NCBI RefSeq assembly: GCF_018350175.1
Contig: NC_058368.1
Location: forward strand, 53,198,001 to 53,262,000
Direction of reading: 5' to 3'
DNA from: Felis catus
Taxonomy: Eukaryota
DNA length: 64,000 nucleotides
In this document: piece after piece, positions 1-13,265 of the stretch
Layout: the number at the start of each line of letters is the position of its first letter
How positions within the stretch are numbered: position 1 is the stretch's first letter
The notes under the pieces: model-generated
Seen by the model: only the letters and a program-made list of their open reading frames with translations
Databases searched by the model: none
What the model was told of the DNA's origin: nothing
Translations under genes and position numbers: made by a program

Positions 1-666
1 ATAACAAACCTCTAAGCTCAACTTTGTGATATGGCTTTCACTCTACTCATGTTTACAACTTCAAAATGTTAATAAAACATGATAAGTGCAAAAGTCAAAA
101 TAAAGTAGAAGAGGTGGCATGTAAGTAATGGACTGCACATTCTTAATTTAAATCGTATATATTTATTCACTCACTCAGTAACTGAATACTAACCAAATGA
201 ATTTGTAATATATTCCAGTCTAGTTTTATTAGGATTTGTGCTGTATGGGTAATGTAAAAACAAAGAAAATATATTGCTACATCAACTTATATTATTCATG
301 CATATAAAGTTCTGTGTATCTGCCCATGTGGTTGAGAAGATGCATTAGGAAGTCGATTACAATAACAAGAAAAGGTTATTTGAGTCAAATCAAAACAATA
401 AATGGGGTAGAGAAAAATTGTAAAATATTTGTTTCACTCTTTCCTCCAGTGACACATAAAACATTATCTCCTTCTCTAAGCGATTATGAACATTTCTATT
501 CTGTCATCTGGCATAAAGTGGAGATTTGTTTAAAATCATTTACATCTGGGAAGTTACACAAACCTCCTGTACTTCAGAGAAACTATATTTCTGATCACCT
601 CAATTGTTAAAAACTCACAGTTCTTATTTGTAGTAACACTCAGACAGATGGAAATATTAAAGCTGC

Positions 667-1373
667 TGTAGCCAACCTCTAATTAACTAATTTGTCAAAT
701 TTTCCACACTTTCCATTTTCTCAGTAAAATATACCAACAGTTGCCGACAGGATGCAGAACACTCTCAATGTTAAGCTACTCTCCACTGTGCCCGCCCATT
801 TCCTCTCCTCCAGATGGGCGGTACAATCCATCAAGAGTCAGTTGTGTTTACTCACAAACTTGTCTATGATCCCAGTTATTATTATATTATTTAATTTTGC
901 CAAAGATTTCACAAACTATGAAACATGAATCCTACAACAAGTAAATGTTTCTTTGAAAACTAAGACGAATACTTTGCAGAGACTTGATAATGGAGAATTG
1001 CTTTAAAAATTGCTCTCAAATTACAGAGAAATAAAAAATAAAGAGAAAAATAGTAAAATTAAGAGAATTTTGTATCCGTTCAAATTATTATACAGGAATC
1101 TCTATCTTGTTTGCTCCACTTTAAAGAATCCCAAACTGGAAATCATTAAGCATCCAAAATGAGTATGATATATGCAAAAAATTCTAGAACTTCCAACCAG
1201 ATCCATACACAAAAACAGACCTCAGCCTTTGTTGCAATGGCTAATAAATTCATATGTATGCAGATCTATATATGAAGATTTAGTCAGTTTTAATAATTTT
1301 TTACTTTTTAGTGATTTCAATTAACTGACAAATGACCAGTCCCAATCACATCCCCATCAAAAATTTCTACCAT
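667..1373 (+). mobile_element. TcMar-Tigger DNA transposon remnant (Tigger13a-like)
   Basis: Degenerate transposase N-terminus (GTTTCTTTGAAAACTAAGACGAATACTTTGCAGAGACTTGATAATGGAGAATTGC...CTCCACTTTAAAGAATCCCAAACTGGAAATC) resembling the recalled Tigger13a consensus; terminal-like sequence near 667 and 1320-1373. Confidence 0.65.
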
Positions 1374-2329
1374 ATCAGGTGGTCCTGGTGATAGGAACAG
1401 ACAAGATGTGAAGTCATAGGACTTTGTAAATCCTTCTATAAAATAAAGAAAACAAGTCAAAATAAAGAAATACATTCATGGCATTTCTTTTAAGGTAAGC
1501 TATAGAACTACATAGAGGATAAAGGAAAAACTGAACCTTGGTAGAAATGACTCCAGTCAAAATGTTAATTTTTCTTGTTAAGATGCAATAAGGCACATGA
1601 TTAAAAGATTGTTTCCTTTTAAAATGCAAACTTCCTGTTTAGGAGCAAAAGTTTGTGAGGAAAAACAAACACACTTCCTCACTAAGAAGGCAAGTATATA
1701 ATTCAGAACTGTTGTCAAGGTCTGTAGGTCCGAACCAGGTCTATAATTCAGAGAGTGTCAGAAGAGAACAAGCTATACTGCTTTGTTATCTCAGAATTTG
1801 ATATTACTCAAAGAACAATGTGATTTGAACATTTATAAGGGCCATGGCACTTAGACAAATGGTTGTAGGTTTAGTTCTAGAAGGAAAGAAAAGGAGAAAG
1901 AAAGGAAACTCTGAAAAGCTACCATGTCCCAAGCACTCTTCGTGCTTCATTAAGGTATGCCATCCCCATATTTCAGAGTTGAGAAAGTGAGGCCAGAGGG
2001 AATTACCATGTAAATAGGAAAGACCTGTTCCAGGTTAACTCAGAAATTAGAACTCAACACGTGGTGCCCTTTTCTGTTATACACCCACACTGATCCATTG
2101 ACTTCCTGGCTAGCTTTTCCACTGCTTCTTCCTAAAGAAAGAGGGGAAACTGACAGAAAATCTGGATTCAAGCTATGCTGCTGTCACAATGTTACATGGG
2201 ACAAATTATTCAAATTCCTAGCCTATTTTTTTTCTAAAGAAAAAAATAATTAAAACATAAAAAAAGGGCATTAATACTATGGACCCAATATACAATTTTT
2301 TTGTATTTGCCTCAGATCTTTTTAATTCA

Positions 2330-2670
2330 GTAAATAAACATTACAGAGTTGATGACCCCTTCTCTTTCTAGAGGTAACTGCTTTCTTAAAGTTGAAATGT
2401 ATCACCTCCATCATTTTATATTACATATGATGTTATTTTATATTATCTAACAGCACAGTAGATAGTACTATTTTCTGTTTTAAACTTTGCATACATGATA
2501 TCATCATGTACATATCACTTTACTATTTTTTTATTTAGTATGATATTTTCAAGATTTATTTATGTTAATACATACATATATTAATGTATATGACTTATTT
2601 CAATAACACTCTATTGTATCACAATTTATCCATACATCTGTTAGTAGATATTTAAGTAACTTGCAAACAA
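2330..2670 (-). mobile_element. Ancient L1M 3' fragment
   Basis: Typical antisense L1M 3'-end motif (CTATTGTATCACAATTTATCCATACATCTGTTAGTAGATATTTAAGT); highly diverged. Confidence 0.5.
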
Positions 2671-2990
2671 TGGTTGTTTAAAAACATGCAAACCCCATAA
2701 GGCTATCAAATGGATTTTTCAGCAAAAAATTTGCAGGCCATAAAGGAGTTTCATGATATATTCAAACTGCTGAAAGAAAAAAAAACCTGCAATCAAGAAT
2801 ATTCTATCCAGCAAGGCTATCATTCAGAATAGGAGAACTAAAGAATCTCCCAGACATACAAAAGTTAAAGAAATTCATCACCACTAAACCAGCCCTACAA
2901 GAAATGTTAAAGGGACTCTTTGAATGTAAAGGAAAGAAAAGTAGAAAACACAAAAGCAGCAAAATTAAGTATATCTATAAAAATCAGTCA

Positions 2991-3199
2991 GGGGCACCTG
3001 GGTGGCTCAGTCTGTTGAGCGTCCGACTTCGGCTCAGGTCATGATCTCACGGTCCGTGAGTTCGAGCCCCGCGTCAGGCTCTGGGCTGATGGCTCATAGC
3101 CTGGAGCCTGTTTCCGATTCTGTGTCTCCCTCTCTCTCTGACCCTCCCCCGTTCATGCTCTGTCTCTGTCTCAAAAGTAAAATAAACGTTAAAAAAAAA
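2991..3199 (+). mobile_element. CanSINE (felid SINEC_Fc-like)
   Basis: GGGGCACCTGGGTGGCTCAG head, B-box GAGTTCGAGCCC, (CT)n region, A tail. Confidence 0.95.
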
Positions 3200-3379
3200 T
3201 CAAAGAATTCACAAAGTAAAAGGATGTAAAATATGACACCATATACCTAAAATGTACAAGGGAGAGGAGTGAAGAATGGGTTCAAACTTAAGCGACCATC
3301 AACTTAATATAGACTGTTATATGCATAAGATATTATATATAAACTTAATGGTACCCACAAATCAAAAACCAGTAACCAA

Positions 3380-3500
3380 GGGGCGCTTGTGTGACTTAGT
3401 TGAACATCTAACTTGATTTTGGCTCAGGTCATGATCCAAGGGTCATGGGATCAAGCCCCACATCAATCGGGCTCCGTGTTGGGTATGGAGCCTGCTTAAG

Positions 3501-3542
<42 letters not shown>

Positions 3543-3614
3543 TCTCTCTCTCTCTCTCCCTCTGCCCTTCCCCTGCTCTCTTTCTCAAAAAAAAAGAAAG
3601 AAAAAAAGAAAGAA

Positions 3615-3615
<1 letters not shown>
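3380..3615 (+). mobile_element. CanSINE (older subfamily)
   Basis: GGGGCGCTTGTGTGACTTAG head, GGGATCAAGCCCCAC, long (CT)n, A tail. Confidence 0.9.
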
Positions 3616-3616
<1 letters not shown>

Positions 3617-3655
<39 letters not shown>

Positions 3656-3740
3656 AATATGTATATATATACCAATATATATACATAATATATGTGTATA
3701 TACATTACACACACACACACACACAGACACACACACACAC
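3617..3740. repeat. Compound (TA)n/(CA)n microsatellite
   Basis: Directly visible dinucleotide runs. Confidence 0.95.
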
Positions 3741-3864
3741 AAATAAAGACAAAGGAATCCAAGAACTATCACTAAGGAAAGGCAGCAGCAAACCATGAGA
3801 GAAGAGAACAAGAGAAGAAAGGAACAAAGAAGAACTATAAAAACGACCATAAAATAAGTAACAA

Positions 3865-6800
3865 AATGTCAATAACTACATACTTATGAATAATTACTTT
3901 GAATGTAAATGGACTAAATGCTCCAATCAAAAGACATAAGGTGATGGAATGGATAAAAAAGCAAGATCCATATACAGATGGGTGTCTATAAGAGACACTC
4001 ATTTTAGACCTAAAGACATACACAGATTGAAAGTCAATGAATGGAAAAGTATTTATCATGCAAATGGAAGTGAGAATCAGATAGCAATATTTGTATCAGA
4101 AAAAAGTAGATTTTAAAACAAAGACTGTAACAATAAACAAAGAAGGACACTATATAATCATAAGGTGAACAGTCAAACAAGAAGATATAACAATTATAAA
4201 TATATCCAACATGGAGCACATAAATACATGAAGGAGCTAATAAGAACAAACATAAAAGAAGCGATCACTAGTAATAAACAATAATAGTAAGAGACTTTAA
4301 CACCCCACTTACATCAACGAATAGATCATCCAAACAGAAAATCAATAAGGAAACAGTGGCTTTGAATAACACACTGCACGAGATGGATCTAACATATATA
4401 TTCATAACATTTGATCCTACAGCTACAGAATACAAATTCTTTTTGAGTGCACATTGGACATTCTCCAGAAGAGATCACAAATGGGCCCACAAAACAAGTC
4501 TTAACAAATTCAAAAAGATTGAAGTCATACCATGCACTGTCATGACCACAATGTTATGAAACAGGAGATTAACCATAAGAAAATATCTGAAAAGAACACA
4601 AATACACGGAAGTTAAATAACATGCTACTAAACAAGGAATGGGTCAACCGAAAAATCAAAGAGGAAATTTAAAAATACATGAAGATAAATGAAAATGGGA
4701 AAAATAACAGTCCAAAATCTTCAAGATGCAACAAAAACTGTTCTAAGATGGAAGTTTGTAACAATACATGCCTACTTCAAGAAGCAAGAAAAATCTCAAA
4801 TAAACAACCTTACCTTACACTTAAAGGAGCTAGAAAAAGAAAAACAAACAAAACCCAAAACCAGTAGAAGGAAGGAAATAATAAAGCTAAGAGCAGAAAT
4901 AAATGAAATAGAAATTTTTAAAAAACAATAGAACAAAACAATGAAACCAGGAACTTGCTCTTTGAAAATATCAACAAAATTGATAATCTTTTAGCCAGAC
5001 TCATAAAAAAAGGACTCAAATAGACAAAATCAGAAATGAAAGTGGAGAAATATAACAACCAATTCCACAGTCGTTCAAAGGATTATAAGGGAATATAATG
5101 AAAAATTATATGCCAACAAATTCAACAACCTAGAAGAAATGGATAAATTCCTAGAAACTTGTAATCTATCAAAACTGAACCAGGAAGAAATCTGAAATTT
5201 GAATAAACTGATTACCAGCAATGAAATTAAATCAGTAATCAAAAACTCCCTACTAACAAAAGTCCAGGACCAAATAGCTTCACAAATGAATTCTAACAAA
5301 TATTTAAAGAAGAGTTAACACCTATTCTTCTCAATTCCAAAAAATAGAAGAAGGAAAGTTTCCAAATTCATTGTATGAAGCCAGCATTACTCAGATACTA
5401 AAACCAGATAAAGACACTATAAAAAAAAAGAGAATTAACGGTCAATATCTCTGATGAACATAGAAGCAAAAATAGTCAACAAAATGCTAGCAAAACAAAT
5501 CAAACAACACATTTAAAAAAATCATTCACCACAATCAAGTGGAATTGATTCTCGGGATATAAGGGTGGTTCAATATTTTGAAATCAATCAATGTGACACA
5601 ACACATCAACAAGAGACAGGATAAAAAACCATATGACCATTGGAACAGATCAGAAAAAGCACTTGACAAAGTACAACATCCATTCATGATAAAAATCCTC
5701 AACAAAGTAGATTTAGGGAAACATACCTCAACATAATAAAAACCATATATAAAAACTACACAGATAACGTCATACTCAATTATGAAAACTGAGAGCTTTT
5801 CTCCTAGGTCAGGATCAAGACAAGGGTGAACACTCCCACCACTTTTATTCAACATGTATTGCAAGTCCTGGCCACAGCAATCAGAAAAGAAACAAAAAAT
5901 GAAAGTCATCCCAATAGGTAAGGAAGAAGTAAGATTTTCACTATTTATAGATGACATGATACGCTGTATAGAAAACCCTAAAGACCCTACCAAAAAACTA
6001 CTAGAACCAATAAATGAATTCAGTAAGGTTTCAAAATCAGGATACAAAATCAATATGCAGAAATCCATTGCATTTCTATACACTAAAAATGAAGTAGAAA
6101 AAACAGAAATTAAGAAAAATGAACTTTTGGGACCTCATCAAGATAAAAAGCTTCCACACTGTGAACGAAACAGTTCACAGTGTGAAACTAAAAGGCAACT
6201 GACAGAATGTAAAAAGGTTATTTGCAAATGACATATTGGATAAAGGGTCAGTATCCAAAATTCTATAAAGAACTTACCAAACTCAACACCTGAAAAACAA
6301 TCCAATGAAAAAAATGAGAAGACATGAATAGACACTTTTCCAAAGAAGACATCTAAATGACCAACAGACACATGAAAAGATGCTCAACATCACTCATCAT
6401 CAGGGAAATACAAATGAAAATCACACTGAGATACCACCTCACACTGGTCAGAGTGGCTCAAATTAACAACTCAGGAAACAACAGACGTTGGTTAGGATGT
6501 GGAGAAAGGGGAACCTTCTTGCACTGTTGGTGGGAATGTAAACTGGTACAGCTGCTCTAGAAAGCATTGTGGAGGTTCCTCAAAAAATTAAAAATAGAAC
6601 TACCCTGCGGCCCATCAATAGCACTACTAGGAATTCATCCAAAGGATACAGGAGTGCTGATTCATAGGGGCACATGTACCCCAATGTTTATAGCAGTGCT
6701 TTCAACAATAGCCAAATTATGGAAAGAGCCTAAATGTCCATCAATTGATGAATGGATAAAGAAGATGTGGTTTATATATACAATGGAATACTATCTGACA

Positions 6801-8640
6801 ATGAGAAAGAATGAAATCCTGCCATCTGTAACAATGTGGATGGAACTAGAGGGTATTACGCTAAGTGAAATCAGTCAGTCAGAGAAAGACAGATATATTT
6901 TTTCATTCATATGTGAAACTTGAGAAACTTAACAGAGGACCATGGGGGGAGGGAAGAGGAAAATATAGTTTCAAACAGATAGCGAGAGAAACCATAAGAG
7001 ACTCTTGAATGCAGAGAACAAACTGAGTGTTGATGAGGTAGGCAGGGGAGGGAGGAAATGGGTGATGGGCATTGAGGAGGGCATTTATTGGGATGAGCAC
7101 TGGCTGTTTTATGTAAGCAATGAATCATGGAAATCTACACCCAAAACCAAGAGCACACTGTATATACTGTATGTTAGCTAACTTGACAATAAATTAAATA
7201 TTAAAAAATAATAAATAAATAAAAATTTAACAATAATAAATAAATAAAACAATTCCATTTACAATTGTACCAGAAATAATAAAATACCTGGGAATAAACC
7301 TACCATAGAGGTGAAAGACCTATACTCTGAAAATTATAAAACATTGATAAACGAAATCAAACATGACACAAATGGAAAGATATTCCATGCTCATGGATTG
7401 GAAAAACAAATATTGTTAAAATGTCCATATTACTCAAAGCAGTCTACAGATTTAATGCAATATCTATCAAAATATTAACAGCATTTTTCACAGAACTAGA
7501 ACAAATCATCCTAAAATTTCTATGCAACCACAAAAGACCCTGGATAGCCAAAGCAATCTTGAAAAAGAAGAACAGAGCTGGAGATATCACAATTCCAGAT
7601 TTAAAGTTATACTACAAAACTGTAGTTATCAGAACAGTATAGTATTAGCACAAAAATAGACACATAAATCAATAGGACAGAATAGAGGGCTCAGAAATAA
7701 ACCCATAATTATATGGTCAATTAATCTGTGACAAAGGAGGCAAGAATATGCAATGGGAAAAAAAGAGCCTCTCCAACAAATGATGTTGGGAAAACTGGGC
7801 GGCTACATGCAAAAGAATGAAACTGGACCACTTTCTCACACCATATACAAAAATAAACTCAAATGGATTAAAGACTTAAATGTGAGACCTGAAACCTTAA
7901 AAGTCCTAGAAGAGAAAACAGGCAACAATTTCTCTGACATTGGCCACAGGAACATTTTTCTAGATATGTCTCCTGAGGCAAGGGAAACAAAAGCAAAAAT
8001 AAACTATTGATGGGACTACATCAAACTAAAAAGCTTCTGCACAGCAAAGAAAACAATAAACAAAACTAAAAGGCAACCTCCTGAATGGGAGAAGATATTT
8101 GCAAATCACATACCCAAAAAAGGGTTAGTAACCAGAATATATAAAGAACTTAATACAACTCAACACCAGAAAAACAATGTCATTAAAAAATGGGTAGAAG
8201 ATACTAACAGACATTTCTCTAAAGAAGACACACAAATGGCCAACAGACACATGAAAAGATGATCAACATCACCAATAATTAGGAAAATGCAAATCAAAAC
8301 CACAATTGGATATCACCTCACACCTGTCAGAATGGCTGAAATCAAAAACATAAGAAACAACAAGTGTTGACAAGGTTGTGGAGAAAGGGGAACTCTTGTG
8401 TACTATTGTTGGGAATCCAAACTGGTGTAGCCACTGTGGAAAACAGTATGGAGATTCCTCAATAAATTAAAAACAGAATTACCATATGATCCAGTAATTC
8501 CACTACTCGGTATTTATCCAAAGATAATAAAAAACCTAATTTGAAAAGATATGCATACCCCTATGTTTATTGCAGCATTATTTGCAATAGCCAAATTATG
8601 GAAGCAATCCACATGTCTATCAATAGAGGAATAGATAAAG
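3865..8640 (+). pseudogene. L1 ORF2 (endonuclease/reverse transcriptase) remnant with many stops and frameshifts, interrupted at about 6121-7248
   Basis: Translated fragments [62 protein letters not shown] match L1 ORF2p. Confidence 0.9.
6121..7248 (+). mobile_element. 5'-truncated younger L1 nested inside the older L1 ORF2
   Basis: Host ORF2 breaks at GAAATTAAGAAAA and resumes at CAATTCCATTTACAATTG; the insert has an ORF2 C-terminus (TPMFIAVLSTIAKLWKEPKCP), its own 3'UTR and an A-rich tail. Confidence 0.9.
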
Positions 8641-8646
8641 AAGTAC

Positions 8647-8649
8647 TGT

Positions 8650-8690
<41 letters not shown>
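8647..8690. repeat. (TG)n microsatellite within L1
   Basis: Visible. Confidence 0.95.
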
Positions 8691-8694
<4 letters not shown>

Positions 8695-8848
8695 GAAATG
8701 TTACTCAACTATAAAAAATAATGAAATCTTACCATTTGCAATAACATGGATGATGGAGCTAGAGGATATAACACTGAATGAAATAAGTCACAGGAAGACA
8801 AATCTCAAATGATTTCACTCATATGTGGAATTTAAGAAACAAAAGAAA

Positions 8849-9169
8849 GGCCCAGCTCCCTTCACATCTAGCTACGGCTCTGTGATTCACATTGGTCAAT
8901 GGATGTGAGCAAAATGAATGTCAGCAGAAATGGCAAGTTCAGCTTCTGAATCATGCCCTTCAAGGGAAGGTATGAGCACAATATGTATCTGAAATGGCCA
9001 AAGATGGCCCAGTCATCTTAGATCTTAACATGGAACCCACATGTTGAGAATGACAGAGCAACAAGAGAGAGGGAGACTAGGTCTCCAAAAGTTTTGAGTT
9101 CACTAGACCACTTGTCCTGACATTTACAGGAGAGAAAAATAAACATTATCTTTAAAAAATAAAAAATAA
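8849..9169 (+). mobile_element. MaLR (MLT1-like) LTR fragment with AATAAA and poly(A), inserted in the L1 3'UTR
   Basis: CCCAGCTCCCTT...GGTCAATGGATGTGAGC and ...GAGAGAAAAATAAAC resemble old MLT1 LTRs; AATAAA at 9138-9143, A tail from 9154; flanks AAACAAAAGAA (8837-8847) and AAACAAAGGAA (9170-9180). Confidence 0.6.
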
Positions 9170-9317
9170 AAACAAAGGAACAAATAAAAGAGACATACCA
9201 AAACAAACAAACAAAGCAGACTCTTAACTGTAAAGAATAAAGTGATGGTTACCAGAGGGGAGATGGGTGGCATGATGGGTGAATAGGTGAAGGGGATTAA
9301 GAGTATACTTACCATGT

Positions 9318-9522
9318 GGGGCGCCTGGGTGACTCAGTCAGTTAAGCAGTTAAGCGTCTGACTTTGGCTCAGGTCCTGATCTCTCCATTTCCATTCCAGC
9401 CCTGCATCGGGCTCTGTGCTGACAGCTCGGAGCCCGGAGCAAATTCCGATTCTGTATCTCCCTCTCTCTCTGCCCCTCCCTCCCTCTTTCTCTCTCTCTC
9501 AAAAATAAACATTAAAAAAAAA
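9318..9522 (+). mobile_element. CanSINE in L1 3'UTR
   Basis: Head, (CT)n and A tail; diverged TSD AAGAGTATACTTA / AAGGGTACACTTA. Confidence 0.95.
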
Positions 9523-10637
9523 TTTTAAGGGTACACTTATGATGAGCACTGAGTAACACACAGAATTGTTGAATCACTATACTATACACCTGAAACTAAT
9601 ATAATACTGTGTATTAACTAAAGTGGAATTAAAATAAAAAATAAAGTGAAATAAAATTTCCAAGAGCTTTTCTTTGTTCTTTGTTCCTTTTGTAGCATTC
9701 TGTTCATTTTTCATGAATGCAACATCTCATCTTTCTGACAATAGAATGCTTTCTCATGTATCCTGCATTACATCTGTTCCCTCCAAATGATTGCGTTTTC
9801 ATTATGTTTATTGTTTATGTTTACCTCTTTAGTGTTAGAGGCTTTCCTCAAATGTGCGATATGGCTTGATTGTATATTCATATTTAAGAGTGAATTACTT
9901 TTTAATAATTTAGTAACTTTAGAAATAATTTTTAGCTTATTGGAAGCTTTGTATAAGTGGCCAAGACTCACTGACTATAAGTTTACATTGTAGAGTATTT
10001 TTATTTAGCAGAACCACAAACATGTCATTTAGTGTTTTCTTTGTTATTGTTTAGTTTTTTCAGAGGGATAAAAGCCTGGTCTCCAGTAGGCTAGCTATAG
10101 GCCAGGGAAGCTGGGATGGGATGTCTCTCAATTCAGCTAGTAGAATTTAATTTAATCCCCTGCTTTCAACAAGGAGCCTCAACATGACCCTTTCTTGTGC
10201 CAGAGACTGAATTCAGTCTGGAACAATTCCTCTGGAGAATAATCTCAGGCCTCTTCCAGGTCTGGGGAATGGACATTGGGCAATATGGGATGAGACTGGG
10301 AACCAGGGGTATACAGACTCCTTATATAGACTCTGAACCAAGTCCTATGTTTTCTGCTCCAGTCCCTCACTCCTCCCAGTCAGTCCCAAGTGCCTCTCCT
10401 CCCTGAGCCCTTCTGGGGTTCTATGAAGAGAATCACCTTGTTTGTGTCAGCCTCCTCTCCAGACACTTGGGATTCAGTTTACTCTATTCTCCTACGTCAA
10501 CTACCTCTCATTCACTGGTTTTCCATTTTTTAAAAATGTGAAATTGTTTCTTGTCCTCAGCCATTACCTTGTCTTGTCCTGATGGATCTTATAGGAGGGC
10601 GTATAGATAAATGCTTAGGTTAGATTTGTCACCTTTA

Positions 10638-10866
10638 TTTTTTTTTAATTTTTTTAATGTTTTTATTTATTTTTGGGACAGAGAGAGACAGAGCATGAGC
10701 AGGGGAGGGGCAGAGAGAGACACACACACACACACAGAATCCAAAGCAGGCTCCAGGCTCTAAGCTGTCAGCACAGAGCCCGATGCAGTGCTCGAACTCA
10801 CAGAGTGTGAGATCATGACCTGAGCTGAAGTTGGATGCTTAACCGACTGAGCCACTCAGGTGCCCC
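10638..10866 (-). mobile_element. CanSINE
   Basis: Antisense SINE; perfect 17-bp TSD TAGATTTGTCACCTTTA (10621-10637, 10867-10883). Confidence 0.97.
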
Positions 10867-11104
10867 TAGATTTGTCACCTTTAAATGGAAGTCCATTGCA
10901 AATACCTTCTCCCTATCTGTAATTTGTTTTTGGACCTGATCTTCTCCCACAAAGTGAGCATAATAATAACAATGACAACAACAATAATAATAATACTCCT
11001 TCTTTAGAAGTGTTCTTGTGAGGTTCCAAAAGTGGTAATGTATGAGACAGCACTTTATAAACTGGAATATGCCATATGAATTCTAGTTACTATTAAAACA
11101 AATA

Positions 11105-11294
11105 GGGGCTCCTAGGTGGCTCAGTTAGTTGAGCATCTGACTCTTGATTTTGGCTCAGATCATGATCCCAGGGTCATGGAATAGAACCCCATGCTGAGCA
11201 TGGAGTCTGCTTAGGCTTCCCTCTCTCTCCCTCCTTCTCCCCTCCCCCACTTGCCTGCATTCATTCTCTTTCTCTCTCTCTCTCTCAAAAAAAA
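11105..11294 (+). mobile_element. CanSINE (older)
   Basis: GGGGCTCCTAGGTGGCTCAG head, CT-rich region, A tail. Confidence 0.9.
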
Positions 11295-12109
11295 TTCATT
11301 TTTGTATCCCTCGTAGCAGGAAACAGACTACATGAACATTTTCAGAAATGTTTTAGGCTTATTTATAACAACTAGAGAACACCTTTTTTTGGTAAAAATA
11401 TTCCACACAACTGTTCTTAAATAGACATTTAAAGTAATCATTGACCTCAATGATCTAAGAGGAACATACAATACTACATTAGAGATAGGACATTAGTAAT
11501 AATATATTCACAAAAATATCTTCAATATTTCAGTGTTAGATGTTATAGTTCTGACTTTCAAATAGAGGCAATCTACCTGTGTTTTAAGTTACATCAATTC
11601 AAATTTATCCTTGAGTCTAAATATACTAATTTAATGCCAGTTCTTGCTAAATACAAAAAAATAGAAAACGGGAAAATCGTAATATTCTGGCAGTGCTCAT
11701 TATGTTTGGGATCTTTCTCTCTTCTTTATTACATATCAAACATTTACACCTGGGTCAGATATTATGTACTGTTTTTTAGTCCAAAACACTAAAATATTCA
11801 AACTAATGTCAGGTGAAAAGTGCCAAAGAAGAGCACTAAGCCATTCTGTTCGCTAAATGAAACTATCTGTCCACTTAGCCAAGTCAGAAAGGTACATGTC
11901 TCAAAGGATTTAGTTTGGAGAATACATTTTTATAACATAAAGAATGAGATAATTAATAAAAAGAGAAAGACTGGTTGTTCAGATAAACATTAGGTTGATA
12001 ATATAGGATTCTATCTTCCCTATGGAGAGTTGAGATAATTGCTTTCAGAAAAGTTTCTGCTATTTTGCAGGTAATTTCACATAGAGAATCTTACTTAATC
12101 CTTCCCTTA

Positions 12110-12215
12110 GTTGCTTAAAGTATCTGGATTCAATCCCATTTTTCAGATAAGAAACTGAGAGGTCAAAAAGCTAAGCTATTTATTAAACTTAGAGTCAGCA
12201 TTTGAACCCAAGTCT
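12110..12215 (-). mobile_element. MIR fragment
   Basis: CCCATTTTTCAGATAAGAAACTGAG...TTTGAACCCAAGTCT core. Confidence 0.6.
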
Positions 12216-13265
12216 CCAAGTTCCAAGGAAAATGCCTGATTGACCACTCCACTCCAGGGATAAATCACCTGCTGAAATCTTACGATCTGCTGAAAATGCA
12301 TTGAGGCACACATGGGATGAAGGATAAAAGTGGGGACCTCTCACAGCCCACAGCATTGTCAGCAGATGTCCCGTGGCATATGCCGGCACATTCTGTCAGC
12401 CCCTTGGGGGCACCAGAGTATCAGACGACCAAAATGACAGGTTGTACAAAGATCCAGACTCATTACAAATGGCCCTTCTTTTCCTTTTGTTTCGTTCGTT
12501 CTGAGCAGCTGGCATCTTTCAGCGAACTGTCGGTATTATATTTAAGACATAGTACATCATTAAAATAAAGCTCGGGGCTAATAATTATGTCTTGTTCAGG
12601 TGTTTTATGACTAAAGATTCTGACTTTCCCCCAAGGTTTCCAACTCACTCTTTTCCAAATTGCTTCTCTAAGGGCATTTGTTACATTGTGGACGTGTCCC
12701 CAACAATTAAATAGCAGTTTAATCCTCCCTCTCTAGATCTTTCTTTTTGAGGTAGTGTCCCGGAGCCTAAGCTGCTTCCGCTTTGGAGGCGGTATTTATG
12801 GAGTCCTCACCTGGCTGCATGAGCGTGATTGCACACACAGGTCAATCCCAGTGGAAAGCTAGCGCCCAGCCTTGGTGCTGCTCACAGGAAGCAATACTCC
12901 TACCCTCCCTGTTCTGCCTCCATCTCCCGCTTTGTTCAACAGTCATTAAGACATCAACACACCCAATTTAACTATCAGATGGGGAGAAGAGCACAGCACC
13001 TGGATTACACAAGTGTTGAAACTCTAAGCTTTATTTTATCTATAATATGAGATTGGTGGCAGTCCCCACCATTCAGAATTATTGTGGAGACCAAATGAGG
13101 TCCCGTATGTGAAATCACTTTGTCACTTGTAAAGAAGGTAGTAGTTTAGAATTGGCAAAAGCATTCTCATTGAGGTTGCCTCTTCAGCGCTTGGTAAACC
13201 CTGGTACTTTGTGGTGGGAGGGAGCAGCTCTTTGCTAGTTTACTTCTAAAGTGGAAAAGCCTCTT

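Larger units (their letters stand above)
2690..9655 (+). mobile_element. Carnivore LINE-1, 5'-truncated within ORF1, degraded, with nested SINEs, a nested L1 and an LTR-like insert
   Basis: ORF1 C-terminus (ATTCTATCCAGCAAGGCTATCATTCAG...AAAGGGACTCTTTGA); ORF2 start near 3865; RT motif SLFIDDMI in ORF 5854-6231; 3'UTR and A-rich tail near 9630-9655. Confidence 0.95.

Noticed and set aside
2991..3075. tRNA-like A/B boxes
   Set aside because: tRNA-derived SINE heads, not tRNA genes
3443..3850. ORFs with ERERER, YIYIYI and THTHTH runs (also at 22.2, 23.1, 44.9 and 52 kb)
   Set aside because: Translations of microsatellites and SINE (CT)n tracts
5535..6083. 182-aa minus-strand ORF
   Set aside because: Antisense frame of L1 ORF2
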